Under the pieces are notes generated by a model, which made no database searches, was not told the origin of the DNA, and saw only the letters and a program-made list of their open reading frames with translations. Below, one piece after another: positions 31,942 through 42,577 of a stretch of DNA of 64,000 nucleotides (position 1 is the stretch's first letter; each line of letters begins with the position of its first letter). A program made the translations under genes and the position numbers. The stretch lies in the NCBI GenBank assembly GCA_963739305.1, contig CAVTZU010000011.1, forward strand, positions 92,152 to 156,151, written 5' to 3'. This DNA is from Candidatus Bathyarchaeota archaeon (GTDB lineage Archaea; Thermoproteota; Bathyarchaeia; Bathyarchaeales; Bathycorpusculaceae).

Positions 31942-32280
31942 TCTTCTTCGATCCTTGTTTGACCTATAGCGTCTTCCTTCAACGTGAGTTATAAGATTCA
32001 CGTTTCGACTCTGGAAATCAATAAACGCATGGTGATCAGGTGTGCACGTTGTTGGTTGAACAAGCCTAAAAGGGATCACGTGACCTTTCACTGGAAGTCG
32101 AGAGGGAGTAGCGAATTTGGAATGTTTATTGTTCCTTAGTTGATAAAAGGAAGATTCACGGAATTCCTGACTGTTGTGAAAACTAAAGCTTCCTTTGAGT
32201 TGTATTGATATCGTTTGCAGTGTTTGACTCGAAAGTTTAATACGTTTCATGGAAATATCCTCATTGAAGTTCGCTGGTGG

Positions 32281-33558
32281 TTGAATTTGAATGACACTTA
32301 TGCAACCGATAGATTGAGGGTGATAATTCCTGTTGGCGGGAAAGCTACGCGGCTGCTTCCACTCACAGCTGAGACAAGCAAGGCTTGTATTCGGCTGCTG
32401 AACCGTCCGCTCATAGATTTTTCGCTTTTGCCTCTGGCGCGTCAAGGCATAAGGAACTTTATTTTCGGCGTTAAGGGTTACACAAATTACAGAGACCTGC
32501 ACGATTACTTTGAGTCTGGTTTCGGTTTTTCCGCAAGGTACGGAATTGAACCGCGTGTTCATATAAAGTATCAGCCTAACATCGATGACTTGGGTAGCGC
32601 CGATTCGGCAAGCATTAACATGGAGTACTACAACGTCAAAGACCCGGTTTTTGCAGTGCAAGGTGACAACATCTTCGACGTGAATGTGAAGGAGCTTGTG
32701 GATTTCCATGAGAAGAAGGGGGCTGTGATGACTATTGCTCTGCGAGAGGTTGACAACGTAGAAGGGTACGGCATAGCTGACATAAACAAGGAAATGAAGA
32801 TTTCTAGGTTTGTGGAGAAGCCGTCACCAAAGGAGGCCCCATCTGATCTCGCAAACACTGGTCTTTACATGGTTTCCCCTGAGATACGAAAGATATTCAG
32901 GGAGAAAGGTGTCAAACAGATCATTAGGGAACGACATCGTCTAGATTTTGGTTTTGACTTCATCCCCTATCTGATCAGCAGTGGGAGGCCCGTTTATGGC
33001 TACACTCTGAAAGGTAGCTGGTATGATGTGGGGACTCCGAAGCGTTATCTCGAAGCAATGCACGACATGCTTGAAGGGAAATTCGCATCATTGACGGATT
33101 TTGGAGGAAGGATAAGCGACGAATGTAGAGTCTGGGTTCAAGGCGAAAGCTCAGAATCAATGAAAAGAAGACACGAGATACTCAGGAAGATCAAGGCAGG
33201 GAAGATTGTTGTCGAAGGCTCTGTTCTCATTGGGAGACATTGCGAGATAAGTGATGGAGTCAGAATAGTTGATTCGTGCATAGACAATTATACCAAAATC
33301 GGCAAGGATGTTGAGATAGAAAACTCGGCGATTATGGACCGTGTCATAGTCGGGGACAAAGCCCAGATAAAAGAGAGCATTGTAGGACGGCATGTGACAG
33401 TTTCTTCAAGCTCTCGAAAACCAACAAAAATCGACTCAGTCTCGGTCATAGCTGATGATGTCGTTCTCGAGCAAGGTTGTACGCTGTGGGCAACGAAGAT
33501 TTATCCGCATCAATTCGTGAAAGGAGAATTCGAAAACCAAACACTAATGCCCAGTTAG
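32281..33558 (+). CDS. Sugar-1-phosphate nucleotidyltransferase (NDP-sugar synthase) with C-terminal beta-helix
   Basis: GGKATRLLPLT, QGDN, FVEKP, ANTGLY, WYDVGT and hexapeptide repeats. Confidence 0.9.
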   Translation: MNLNDTYATDRLRVIIPVGGKATRLLPLTAETSKACIRLLNRPLIDFSLLPLARQGIRNFIFGVKGYTNYRDLHDYFESGFGFSARYGIEPRVHIKYQPNIDDLGSADSASINMEYYNVKDPVFAVQGDNIFDVNVKELVDFHEKKGAVMTIALREVDNVEGYGIADINKEMKISRFVEKPSPKEAPSDLANTGLYMVSPEIRKIFREKGVKQIIRERHRLDFGFDFIPYLISSGRPVYGYTLKGSWYDVGTPKRYLEAMHDMLEGKFASLTDFGGRISDECRVWVQGESSESMKRRHEILRKIKAGKIVVEGSVLIGRHCEISDGVRIVDSCIDNYTKIGKDVEIENSAIMDRVIVGDKAQIKESIVGRHVTVSSSSRKPTKIDSVSVIADDVVLEQGCTLWATKIYPHQFVKGEFENQTLMPS

Positions 33559-33658
33559 GGAGTCTCTCGGTAACCTTTCTTTAATGCTTTTTCCACAAGA
33601 CAACAGCAACTCTATCTGAGGATGGTGTTTCTATAATGTTCAGGATCGAGGAATAGAA

Positions 33659-34123
33659 GTGATTCTTTCGGAGATCAGAAGAAGAGCAGTCAAAGTGGAT
33701 CAATACATTGACAGCCTAGAGGAACCTTTCAAGGATAGGTTCTTGGCGCGCATGCAAACGTATCAACTTCAGATGCAACTTGTAGATCAGTTGAAAAAGA
33801 GAGTCAATGATTTCATGATGCTTGTCTTCTCGGCATCATGGTGTAAAGACTGTGCTCAGTACGTTCCTGTCTTGGCTTTGATTGCTGGACGCACGGGGTT
33901 GGAAGTTCGGGTTTTCGGAGGTCTTAGACGTGATCCGCTCAGTCACACTTCCAAGTGGAGAATTCCTCCGTCTCCATCCGAGGTATTAGCCTTTGGTGTC
34001 GACAAGATTCCTCTTATAATCGTTTTTGATCTTGATGGAAGAGAGATTGGCAGAATCGTTGAGTCTCCCAAACGATACCCGACCTTGGAACAAGAACTCT
34101 GCGAAATCATTAAATGCCTGTGA
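33659..34123 (+). CDS. Thioredoxin family protein
   Basis: WCKDC, KIP cis-Pro loop, EIGRIVESP. Confidence 0.85.
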   Translation: MILSEIRRRAVKVDQYIDSLEEPFKDRFLARMQTYQLQMQLVDQLKKRVNDFMMLVFSASWCKDCAQYVPVLALIAGRTGLEVRVFGGLRRDPLSHTSKWRIPPSPSEVLAFGVDKIPLIIVFDLDGREIGRIVESPKRYPTLEQELCEIIKCL

Positions 34124-34153
34124 CAGTCGCTTCTTCCATTGCGGCATCGTTCT

Positions 34154-34770
34154 ATGGGTTCATACGAGAAATTTGCAGAATTCTACGATCTGATCTACAA
34201 AGAAATCGTGAACTATGAAAGAGAAGCTGACGATCTAGAAAAGATCTTGACCGAATTTGGCGAACACAGAACAAAACAGGTTCTGGACGTTGCCTGCGGT
34301 ACAGGTTCTCATTCCCTCATCTTAGCAAAGCGCGGCTATGAAGTGACAGGTATAGACAGTTCAGAAATGATGGTAAAAGAGGCGAAGAAGAAAGCCTCGA
34401 AAGAGAATGTCAACGTCGAATTCTTCGTTCAGGACATGCGAAGCATCAAACTGAACAAAAAGTTTGATTGTGCGATCTGCATGTTCGGTGATTGACGCTG
34501 TATCGCCTTTCAGAATCAAATTTCGACTCGCAGACCAACATCCTGACGATAGACTTCCACTTCATCACGCTGTGGGCAAACAAGCCCGTAGAAACCTTTT
34601 CAGAAACACACAAGATACGGTGCTACACACTTGCCGAGATGAAACAACACCTAGAGGACTGTGGCTTCGCCTTGGTTTCAGCAATTGCCTACGATGCCCA
34701 AGGCACGCAAAAGTTTGAAGAGCCCAGAAAAGAAACTTTTCGCATTCTAACAGTTGCTCAAAGAAAGTGA
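34154..34770 (+). pseudogene. Class I SAM methyltransferase with apparent internal deletion and frameshift at about 34490
   Basis: VLDVACGTG and QDMR...FDCAICMFG, then an abrupt switch to a C-terminal segment (LTLYRLSE...RILTVAQRK) in another frame; the usual helix and L.PGG strand are missing. Confidence 0.7.
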
Positions 34771-34824
34771 GGTTCACAACCTCTCTTCTGACATAGAAAA
34801 CCCATCTCGACCGCTAAGAAGAAA

Positions 34825-34856
34825 GTTACAATTCAACATTACAAAAACCGTTACAA
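34825..34856 (+). repeat. 32-bp dispersed intergenic motif, copy 1
   Basis: GTTACAATTCAACATTACAAAAACCGTTACAA; 30/32 identical to the reverse complement of 57618-57649. Confidence 0.9.
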
Positions 34857-34928
34857 AAAAAAGCCTAGGACGGAAAATGTTCTTGAGCCGAAAACACTCA
34901 GGAACCCGTGCTAACCCCGTCCGTCAGT

Positions 34929-35486
34929 CTATGCTTTGAACCATTTGAAAATCAAATACCGCGTCTTTCCCTTTCTAGAATCAGGAACCGCGATGATGAA
35001 CCGTTTCCGAACCGTCGTCGCAAGCCTCCCAGCCTTAACAATCTCCGTCGCCGTCATATCCGCATCAGCATCCTTCACCGAAACCATATACGGCGCATGC
35101 TCAACACCAGGTCCATGCCTGTAAACCGCAAAGTCACAGCCAAACTTGATCCCAGGAGCCACAACCAACTCATTCTCCCTAAGATCACGATAAACAGCAT
35201 ACTTCTCATCAAACTCCTCGTACAACCGCTCCGCCATCTGCCGCAGCTTCTTCAGTCCCACCTTACCCCTCTCCGGCCCTTCGTAAACCGTTATCGCCCC
35301 CTTCTCAGCCAAATACAAACCCTCCATCAAATCAAGAATCAGCGGAACATCAAACTCCGGAACCTTCGGCTTAGCAATCCCAAGAGGCTTCCCATAAAAA
35401 CCAGTCCTGTAAAGCCGCGAACCCTCTTCAGGATTCCACACTACCAAGAAATTCTCAATCAACTCCACGCCTATCTTCTTAGGCAT
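34929..35486 (-). CDS. endA: tRNA-splicing endonuclease catalytic subunit
   Basis: VYRDLR, GIKFGCDFAVY (Tyr), HAPY (His), RLATTVRK (Lys). Confidence 0.92.
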   Translation of the reverse strand: MPKKIGVELIENFLVVWNPEEGSRLYRTGFYGKPLGIAKPKVPEFDVPLILDLMEGLYLAEKGAITVYEGPERGKVGLKKLRQMAERLYEEFDEKYAVYRDLRENELVVAPGIKFGCDFAVYRHGPGVEHAPYMVSVKDADADMTATEIVKAGRLATTVRKRFIIAVPDSRKGKTRYLIFKWFKA

Positions 35487-35502
35487 CAACCTGCGCGTCC
35501 TT

Positions 35503-36162
35503 TCACATCATAAAAGAAAGAATCCGCGCCGCATCAGTCGCATCCTCAGCCTTATCAGCCGAATCCTCCAAAAGCTTCGTCACATCCCTTAACAACACCA
35601 TCGCCGGAAAATCCATCTTACAACACAACAACTTGATCTCCAACTCCCGATAAAACCCATCCACCTTCCGCTCCGCGATCTCAACATCCTTCGCCTTCTC
35701 CATCGTCTTCTGCGCACCATAATTCAAAACCATCATCGTCTCCCTAAGCTTCAACACCGTCTCAAAAACAGCCTCCGAAAGCCTCAACAAATCCTTCTTA
35801 ACCTCCATCGGAACACTCCAACTGTGATTCGAAATCTCAATAAGCCGGAAAGCGATACCCTCAGAAAAATCAGCAATCTCACTCGTAAGGTTCGTAAACC
35901 TTAAGAAATCCTCCCTGCTCAACAGGATAGCCCCGATTTCAGCTAACTCCTGCGAAACAAGCCGTCTCGCTTTATCAACCTCCTCCTCCCCTCTTCGCAT
36001 TTCATCGTACAGCTGCCTCGCCTTCTCCTTATCGTTCTTCACAAAAAACTCTATCAACTGCGGAACCTTTCTGCTCAAGTCCATAACCTTCCGCAAATGT
36101 TCTTGGCAGACGCTTAACGCTCTTCGTTTCACACGCTCTTCAGTTTCAGCTGGAAGTACCAA
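35503..36162 (-). CDS. DUF47/PhoU-like phosphate transport regulator
   Basis: All-helical; EEEVD...REDFL and ERKVD...LEDSADKAED patterns. Confidence 0.82.
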   Translation of the reverse strand: MVLPAETEERVKRRALSVCQEHLRKVMDLSRKVPQLIEFFVKNDKEKARQLYDEMRRGEEEVDKARRLVSQELAEIGAILLSREDFLRFTNLTSEIADFSEGIAFRLIEISNHSWSVPMEVKKDLLRLSEAVFETVLKLRETMMVLNYGAQKTMEKAKDVEIAERKVDGFYRELEIKLLCCKMDFPAMVLLRDVTKLLEDSADKAEDATDAARILSFMM

Positions 36163-36248
36163 GATCCTTTTCCCACCCGCAAAACAGGCGAAGCTTCTTC
36201 ACCCATAGATGTTCTGTACTCTTAAAAACGTTAACGAAACACAAAAAC

Positions 36249-38006
36249 CTAAACAGGCTCACCCAACCGCTCAAACCCGATTTGACCTCGGAAGTACTCG
36301 TGCAAACGCACTCTAAGATCCTCAATTCGAGCTCTAACCTGCCGCCACGAATCACGGTCCCGAACGGTCACAGTGTTGTCCTTCAAAGTATCATAGTCCA
36401 CCGTGACACCCAACTGTGACCCAACCTCATCCGCCCGCGCGTACCTTCGCCCGATAGAACCCGCCTCATCGTACTCCACCGAAAACCGCTCATCAACCAG
36501 CATCTTATGAACTTCCAACGCCTTCTCAGGAAGCCCATCCTTGCTCACGAGTGGATAAACTCCAACCTGAATCGGAGCGATATCTCGCGGAAAAGCCAAC
36601 ACTACTCTGTCCTCTTTGATCTGATAAGCGTACTCAAGCGCCACGTACAAGAGCCTGTCCGAACCGAAACTAGGCTCGACCACATGAGGAACAAAGTGTC
36701 TACCGCGCTCCACAACCTTCTGACGCTGAACATCAACAAGTTCGGGTAGAATCTCATACTTCCCAAGCATATAGCGGCCATTCTTCTTCAGAGACGCCTC
36801 AAACTCCGTCGGATCAACTCTCGAAAGCAACTCAACAACCTTCCCTGCTTCCCCCTTAAAGACAGGTCCAAGCTTGATCATGATCGGCTTTATCACAACC
36901 TGTTCTTTTTCAACAGGCTTCTCATACTCCTTGAAAACACGCATGTCCGCGTTGCTATGAGTCATATGACTCTTCAGATCATAGTCGGATCTGTCAGCGT
37001 GGCCAGAAACTTCAACCCAGCCCCATCGTTCAACAAATACCTGCTGATCAAAAGTCTGACTGGAGTAATGCGCCTTCTCCCAAGGTAATTTCTCAATGAA
37101 CCTCTGCTTTTGCCCGGGAACCCCCAACTCAACAAGCAGCCTCTTTGCATACGCCATAAACACTGCTTGCCATTCCAACTTGATGACTCCTTTTTTCAGC
37201 GCTTCTTTGACACTCACTTCGGCAATGTCTTCAGAACCCTTCGACCTCGTCTCAGCCAAAAGGATTCGAAGTTTCTCATCTTCAACCTCTTTGAGGAGGT
37301 AGCAGTTGGGCTCTTCTGGGTCAAAAAAGAACTCTAGATCTGCTATCGTGAATTCCCTCAGCCTCAACAACCCTTGTCTCGGGGAAATCTCATTTCTCAG
37401 AGCACGCCCTATCTGGAGAATACCCAACGGAAGCTTTTCCCTTGAAAACCCGAAAAGCCTGCTGAACTCGACAAAGATACCTTGCGCAGCTTCAGGTCTT
37501 CCATAACCAACAGCCTTCGAATATGGGCCGATGGTGGTCTTAAACATCGTCAGAAACGTCTCGGCTTTTCCAAAGCTGCCGCCACAATCCGGACACTTGA
37601 TCTTGTTCTTCAAGATTTGGTTATTTATCTCCTCCAGACTCAGTTTTTCAGCCTCTGCTTCACTCATCCCCGCAAATTCTTCAAGTAAATGATCAGCCCG
37701 GAACCTTTTGCCACACTTTTGACATTCAACCAAAGGCTCTTTGAAATGATCGACATGTCCTGAAGCTTCAAACACAACCTCAGGAGTAATAACCGGAGAC
37801 TCTATCTCCAAGACCCCAAGTTTACCGACAAAGAGTTCCCTAAGCTTCATCTCTATATTCTGCTTCAATCTGGCTCCCAGCACGCCGTAAGTTACAAAAC
37901 CGCTTACCCCGCCATAGATCTCGTATGATTGCCAGAAGAAACCTCTCCGCTTTGCCAGCTCATTCACAGCCGTGAATTTGTCTAGGCTTCTGCTCTTCTC
38001 GCTCAT
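36249..38006 (-). CDS. glyS: Glycine--tRNA ligase (archaeal/eukaryotic type)
   Basis: EIYGG, ASGHVDHF, RPEAAQG, RNEISPRQGLLRLREF, EPSFG, SIGRRYARADE. Confidence 0.96.
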   Translation of the reverse strand: MSEKSRSLDKFTAVNELAKRRGFFWQSYEIYGGVSGFVTYGVLGARLKQNIEMKLRELFVGKLGVLEIESPVITPEVVFEASGHVDHFKEPLVECQKCGKRFRADHLLEEFAGMSEAEAEKLSLEEINNQILKNKIKCPDCGGSFGKAETFLTMFKTTIGPYSKAVGYGRPEAAQGIFVEFSRLFGFSREKLPLGILQIGRALRNEISPRQGLLRLREFTIADLEFFFDPEEPNCYLLKEVEDEKLRILLAETRSKGSEDIAEVSVKEALKKGVIKLEWQAVFMAYAKRLLVELGVPGQKQRFIEKLPWEKAHYSSQTFDQQVFVERWGWVEVSGHADRSDYDLKSHMTHSNADMRVFKEYEKPVEKEQVVIKPIMIKLGPVFKGEAGKVVELLSRVDPTEFEASLKKNGRYMLGKYEILPELVDVQRQKVVERGRHFVPHVVEPSFGSDRLLYVALEYAYQIKEDRVVLAFPRDIAPIQVGVYPLVSKDGLPEKALEVHKMLVDERFSVEYDEAGSIGRRYARADEVGSQLGVTVDYDTLKDNTVTVRDRDSWRQVRARIEDLRVRLHEYFRGQIGFERLGEPV

Positions 38007-38095
38007 CTCATCAGCCTTTCACTAGAGTAAACATCTCGGAGACATTAATCTTACTAAGCGGCGCCCGTTCGGGAAAACTTATTTTAGGAGACATC

Positions 38096-39163
38096 ATGAA
38101 GGGACACTCGATGATCGATATGCAAAAAGAAATACAGCTTCTCGAAAAACTCTCAAACGCTTTTGGGCCATCTGGAAATGAAGAAGACGTTGCTGAGATT
38201 CTCAAGAGAGAACTTGATTCGTACGCCGACGAAACAATCCTAGACAAGCTTGGAAACATAATATTTTATCATGAAGGGAAAAAAGATTATCCAAAAATCA
38301 TGCTTTCAGCCCACATGGATGAAGTAGGTTTCATAGTTACCTTCGTAGAAGAAGGCGGTTTCCTTCGTTTTGACACATTGGGCGGCATAACGAACAACGT
38401 GATGCCAGGGCAGCGCTTGCTTCTCAAGGGAGAAAAAGGCTACTTGAAAGGAGTCATCGGCACAAAACCACCACACATCATGACGCCTGAAGAGCAGAAC
38501 AAGATAATTCCGAAAGAGGACTTGTTCATCGACATCGGAGCAGACAACGCTAGCCAAGCCATGAGGAAGGGCGCTGACGTCGGAATCTCAGGCGTCTTTG
38601 ATGTCGAGTTTGCTGATCTAGGAGACGGCTACTTTAGAGGAAAGGCGCTTGATGACCGAGCTGGATGCGTCGTTCTCGCAGAAGCCTTCAAGGCTCTAAA
38701 GGACTCTCCCTGCAACGTCGTGGCAGCCGGAACAGTACAAGAAGAACTCGGTATACGCGGAGCAAAAACCGCTGCTTGGCAAGTGAACCCAGATTATGGA
38801 CTTGCACTCGAAGGAACATTCGTTGCAGACGTTCCAGGCATTAGGCCAGACAGAGTGTCTTCGAAGATCAAAGGAGGTCCCGTCCTAACAGTAATGGACA
38901 GAACCGTATTGACTCACCCCAAAGTTCTCAAGACCTTAATTGAATCAGGAAAAAGAAAGGCGATACCATTTCAGTTCAAAAAAGTGATGGTTGGCGGAAC
39001 AGATGCCGGAGCGATCAATCTCACCAAAGCAGGAGTCCCAAGCGGAACGGTTGCGGTTCCATGCAGATATATCCATGGCCCTGTCTCAATTGTTCACATT
39101 GATGATCTGAGGAACACAGTGAAGCTGGTAGTTGAATTCGTACGAACGATGCCCACCAAATAG
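38096..39163 (+). CDS. M42 (TET-like) aminopeptidase
   Basis: SAHMDEVG, KALDDR, QEELG, GGTDAG, RYIH. Confidence 0.93.
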   Translation: MKGHSMIDMQKEIQLLEKLSNAFGPSGNEEDVAEILKRELDSYADETILDKLGNIIFYHEGKKDYPKIMLSAHMDEVGFIVTFVEEGGFLRFDTLGGITNNVMPGQRLLLKGEKGYLKGVIGTKPPHIMTPEEQNKIIPKEDLFIDIGADNASQAMRKGADVGISGVFDVEFADLGDGYFRGKALDDRAGCVVLAEAFKALKDSPCNVVAAGTVQEELGIRGAKTAAWQVNPDYGLALEGTFVADVPGIRPDRVSSKIKGGPVLTVMDRTVLTHPKVLKTLIESGKRKAIPFQFKKVMVGGTDAGAINLTKAGVPSGTVAVPCRYIHGPVSIVHIDDLRNTVKLVVEFVRTMPTK

Positions 39164-39258
39164 TTGTGTTACCTGATTCAAGCACGAAGCAGGCAAACTG
39201 GCAACGTAGCCTTTTTTAAGGCACCAAGGATAAGAAGTTCCGAACGAGGTGTCAAAGC

Positions 39259-40320
39259 TTGGCGAAGATACGGGTGGCGTTGCTTGGAGTAGGCAACTGT
39301 GCTTCAGCTCTAGCTCAAGGATTACTATATTACAGTGGCAGCGGAAAAGAAATGGAAAGTATCGGTCTGCGGAACAGCGTTTTGGGTGGTTTTCGTCCAA
39401 CAGATGTTGAAATCGTCGCAGCATTCGATATTGACGAAAGAAAAGTTGGAAAGGATCTTTCACAAGCAATTTTCGCGGAACCCAATAACGCTCCGAAATT
39501 TGTGGACATGCCACTCTCCAACGTCGTTGTCAACAAGGGTCCAGTGATGGATGGCCTCGGAGAATACACGAAGAATGTGGTTCACGTAAGCAATCATAGT
39601 GAAGCAAACGTACCTTTGGTTCTGAAAGAAAGCGACGCAGAGATCCTGCTGAATCTGCTTCCGAGCGGCGCAGTCGAAGCTTCTCGCTGGTATGCGGAAC
39701 AGTCAATGGTAGCAGGCTGCGCTTTTGTAAACGCGACTCCTATCTTTATCGCCAGTGACCCGGGTTGGGCAAAGAAGTTTGAAACAGCTGAGCTTCCTGT
39801 CGTGGGCGACGACTTGATCGACCAAGTGGGCGCAACCACTCTGCACAAAACCTTGCTTGGCCTTCTTTCAGCAAACGGCGTTAGGATAACAGAGACTTAT
39901 CAGCTTGACGTTGGTGGAGGAACTGAATCTCTAGATACGCTTGAACGAACAAAAGACGTCAAGCGTATGGTGAAGACAAAGTCCGTGGAATCGGCCTTAC
40001 CTTATCCTGCATCAGTTGTAGCTGGGTCTACCGATTATGTCGATTTCCTTCAAAACAGACGTGACAGCTACTTCTGGATAAGGGGAACGTACTTCTGCAA
40101 TTTTCCAATGCAAATGGACTTGAAGCTGTCAACCGTCGATGCACCAAACGCTGGCTCGGTTCTGCTCGACATAATAAGAGCCGTCAAAATAGCCAGAGAA
40201 AGAAAAATGAAGGGTACAATATTGCCAATCTGCGCTTACGCTTTCAAACACCCCCCGCAGATTATGCGTCTTGACTCTGCCGAGAAATTGTTCGCAGAGT
40301 TTGTCAGTGAAGAAGTCTAG
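39259..40320 (+). CDS. ino1: Inositol-3-phosphate synthase family protein (divergent)
   Basis: GVGNCASAL, VAAFDIDERKVGKDL, FVNATP, VGDD, DAPNAG, FKHPP. Confidence 0.8.
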   Translation: MAKIRVALLGVGNCASALAQGLLYYSGSGKEMESIGLRNSVLGGFRPTDVEIVAAFDIDERKVGKDLSQAIFAEPNNAPKFVDMPLSNVVVNKGPVMDGLGEYTKNVVHVSNHSEANVPLVLKESDAEILLNLLPSGAVEASRWYAEQSMVAGCAFVNATPIFIASDPGWAKKFETAELPVVGDDLIDQVGATTLHKTLLGLLSANGVRITETYQLDVGGGTESLDTLERTKDVKRMVKTKSVESALPYPASVVAGSTDYVDFLQNRRDSYFWIRGTYFCNFPMQMDLKLSTVDAPNAGSVLLDIIRAVKIARERKMKGTILPICAYAFKHPPQIMRLDSAEKLFAEFVSEEV

Positions 40321-41447
40321 CGAGCACGGTGCTCTTTCACAAGCTGTTCCAGCCCATTTATCGTCTTCTGTCTGACTCCAGTTTCCACGAGTTTTCGTTT
40401 GAGAAAATCTATCGATCTGACGGGCGTCGGGTCGATGCCTCGGAGCACAGCAAGATAAACGCTCGTGAAGTCTCCGGTACATATGACTGACGCCATTCTG
40501 GCTAGCTTGCTCTTACCCTTGCTCCAAACTTCGAATAACCCTGTCAATGTTCGACTGATTAATTCTCTGCTAGTTTCTATTCTCAGTTTGATTTCTCTAG
40601 GTTCTTCTTTGTCACGGATGAAAATTACTGAGAAGTATTTTGCGAATTCTTTTGCTTCCTCCCAGCCCACGATTTCATTATGGTTGAGTTCTGGTAAATA
40701 CTCCCATTTTGCTGGGTTCTTACTATTCTCGTTTATTTGAGTCTTGAAGCGTTGCGCGACAGCTCGATAGAATCCAAATCCGTAAATAGTGGGAATTGTT
40801 CCTCGGATTTCTGTCGCCAGCGTCTTGGAAGGGTTACTGGCTGAGGGTATTTCAGGTGAATTCTCTTCACCAATCTGTTTCAAGATTCTTACAGTCTCTG
40901 AATACTCTTTCGGCATGCCTGGTGCAATGCCGATTTTCTGCAGTATGCGAGGAAGGGGAATGAAAAGATATGGTAAGGTTGCGCGCGGAGCCATTCCGCT
41001 TGGAACGAGCAGATGGGGCACGTCAAGCTCCTGGGCAAATCTTTGCAGTGTGCCCCCTGAGCTGATTGTAATCGTCATGCATTTTCTTTTCAAAGCCTCA
41101 AGAAACACGCTCAGGGTTTCTTCGGTTTCACCAGAATAGCTTGTAGCAAACAACAGGGTGTTTTCATCTGCATAAGCTGGCAAACTGTAATCTCTGCATA
41201 CCTCGATCGGCGTTTTTATGGTGTCTTTAGCCCAATCTTTCAGGAGTTCTCCTCCGATGGCTGATCCACCCATTCCCGCTACGACGATCGTTTTAGGTCT
41301 GCGATATTTGATCCTGACTTTTTCTGCCAGTTCGGCAGCATCTCTATAGTGTCTGGCGGCTTCAACACAGAACGACAACATGTCGCTTTTGTCGATTTTC
41401 CTGATTCTACTAGGGTCATCTAGAAGTGGTCTGCTCAATCTACTCAT
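40317..41447 (-). CDS. Bifunctional phosphoglucose/phosphomannose isomerase
   Basis: GMGGSAIGG, SYSGETEET, RFKTQINENSK, PELNHNEI. Confidence 0.93.
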   Translation of the reverse strand: MSRLSRPLLDDPSRIRKIDKSDMLSFCVEAARHYRDAAELAEKVRIKYRRPKTIVVAGMGGSAIGGELLKDWAKDTIKTPIEVCRDYSLPAYADENTLLFATSYSGETEETLSVFLEALKRKCMTITISSGGTLQRFAQELDVPHLLVPSGMAPRATLPYLFIPLPRILQKIGIAPGMPKEYSETVRILKQIGEENSPEIPSASNPSKTLATEIRGTIPTIYGFGFYRAVAQRFKTQINENSKNPAKWEYLPELNHNEIVGWEEAKEFAKYFSVIFIRDKEEPREIKLRIETSRELISRTLTGLFEVWSKGKSKLARMASVICTGDFTSVYLAVLRGIDPTPVRSIDFLKRKLVETGVRQKTINGLEQLVKEHRAR

Positions 41448-41548
41448 GACCTTTCCAAGTATTGTTAAGAAGATATGAAGCTTTCAGTTTTTAAGTCAAA
41501 GGTACACAAGAGATTCTCAAACGTAAGAAACAAACGGTTAGTGCTTGA

Positions 41549-42415
41549 ATGAATAGACTGTCAATTGCGATTCCTGCTTCAATCATCTCTGATATTCCGC
41601 ATTTGCGCGAAAAGACATCTAGAGTAGGTCTCGTTGGCAGAGCTGCCGCGATCTTCAGAGTCAATGAGGTGATAGTTTACCCTGATAATCCATTGACCAA
41701 CCAAGCGGAAGACGCAAGTCTCATAGCCACTTTGCTCACTTACATGGAGACACCCCAGTATCTTCGAAAAGCGTTGTTCAAGCTAAGTCCCAGCCTTCAG
41801 TACGCTGGTGTTCTTCCGCCTCTGCGCACTGCACATCATCCGTTGAATAGAAGAAGCAGTGATCTGAAGACCGGCGAGTATCGTGAAGGAGTCATTGTGT
41901 CGACCACGCGAGAAGGTTCACTCATAGACATTGGAGTCGAACGGCCAGCCTTGGCTACGGATGTTCAATTGCCAGTTGGCAAGCGTGTTACCACAAGGAT
42001 CTTGAAAACTGGAAAGCCGGTCGATGTTGAACTAGCAAACCGCGACCAAATCCCTGCATACTGGGGATACTTGGTTACTGTCAAAAAACGTCCACTAGGA
42101 GAAAGCATAAAGCAGGGGGGATTTGACTTGACGATTGCCACATCTAAGTACGGTGAACCGTTTGGTCTTGCCATAAAACAGATTTCGGAAGAATGGGTCA
42201 AGGCAGGTGATGTTCTAGTTGCTTTTGGATCTCCATCTGCAGGTTTGAACGAGATAATTGCAAGGGAAGGACTTTGTTTGAATGACTTGGTCGATTTTAC
42301 AGTCAATACACTTCCATTGCAAGGAACTGAGACAGTCAGAACTGAAGAAGCACTCATCGCTACCTTGGCTTGTTTTAATGCAACTTTATCAAGAGAAGCA
42401 AGCTCAAATCTCTAA
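41549..42415 (+). CDS. SPOUT RNA methyltransferase (DUF171-type)
   Basis: ETPQYLRK, LPPLRTAHH, YWGY, QGTETVRTEEA. Confidence 0.9.
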   Translation: MNRLSIAIPASIISDIPHLREKTSRVGLVGRAAAIFRVNEVIVYPDNPLTNQAEDASLIATLLTYMETPQYLRKALFKLSPSLQYAGVLPPLRTAHHPLNRRSSDLKTGEYREGVIVSTTREGSLIDIGVERPALATDVQLPVGKRVTTRILKTGKPVDVELANRDQIPAYWGYLVTVKKRPLGESIKQGGFDLTIATSKYGEPFGLAIKQISEEWVKAGDVLVAFGSPSAGLNEIIAREGLCLNDLVDFTVNTLPLQGTETVRTEEALIATLACFNATLSREASSNL

Positions 42416-42577
42416 CGAAGGAGTTGCTCGAAACAGGAAGGAAAAAGGGGAAACTCTCCTGATCAGGTCTTACGTAAGCCTAAAGGAATTATCGAATTAG
42501 ACAAAGAATAAATGCAGGTTTGTTTAAGTGCCTCTATACTCATGGATCAGGCTTAGCACCAAGATACCGAACTTCCC

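Noticed and set aside
32030-32100. ncRNA in the 340-bp DGGGPS / nucleotidyltransferase spacer
   Set aside because: Only short stems (GTGATC/GATCAC and a small hairpin) that could arise by chance; no recognisable family motifs.
31942-32709. 255-aa N-terminal extension of DGGGP synthase in the ORF track
   Set aside because: It overlaps the divergent nucleotidyltransferase and the promoter region; homology begins at MSKLGSY (31941).
34825-34856. 32-bp motif as a CRISPR repeat (its reverse strand ends GAATTGTAAC, similar to GAATTGAAAC)
   Set aside because: Single copies 23 kb apart in opposite orientation, no repeat-spacer periodicity and no cas genes in the window.
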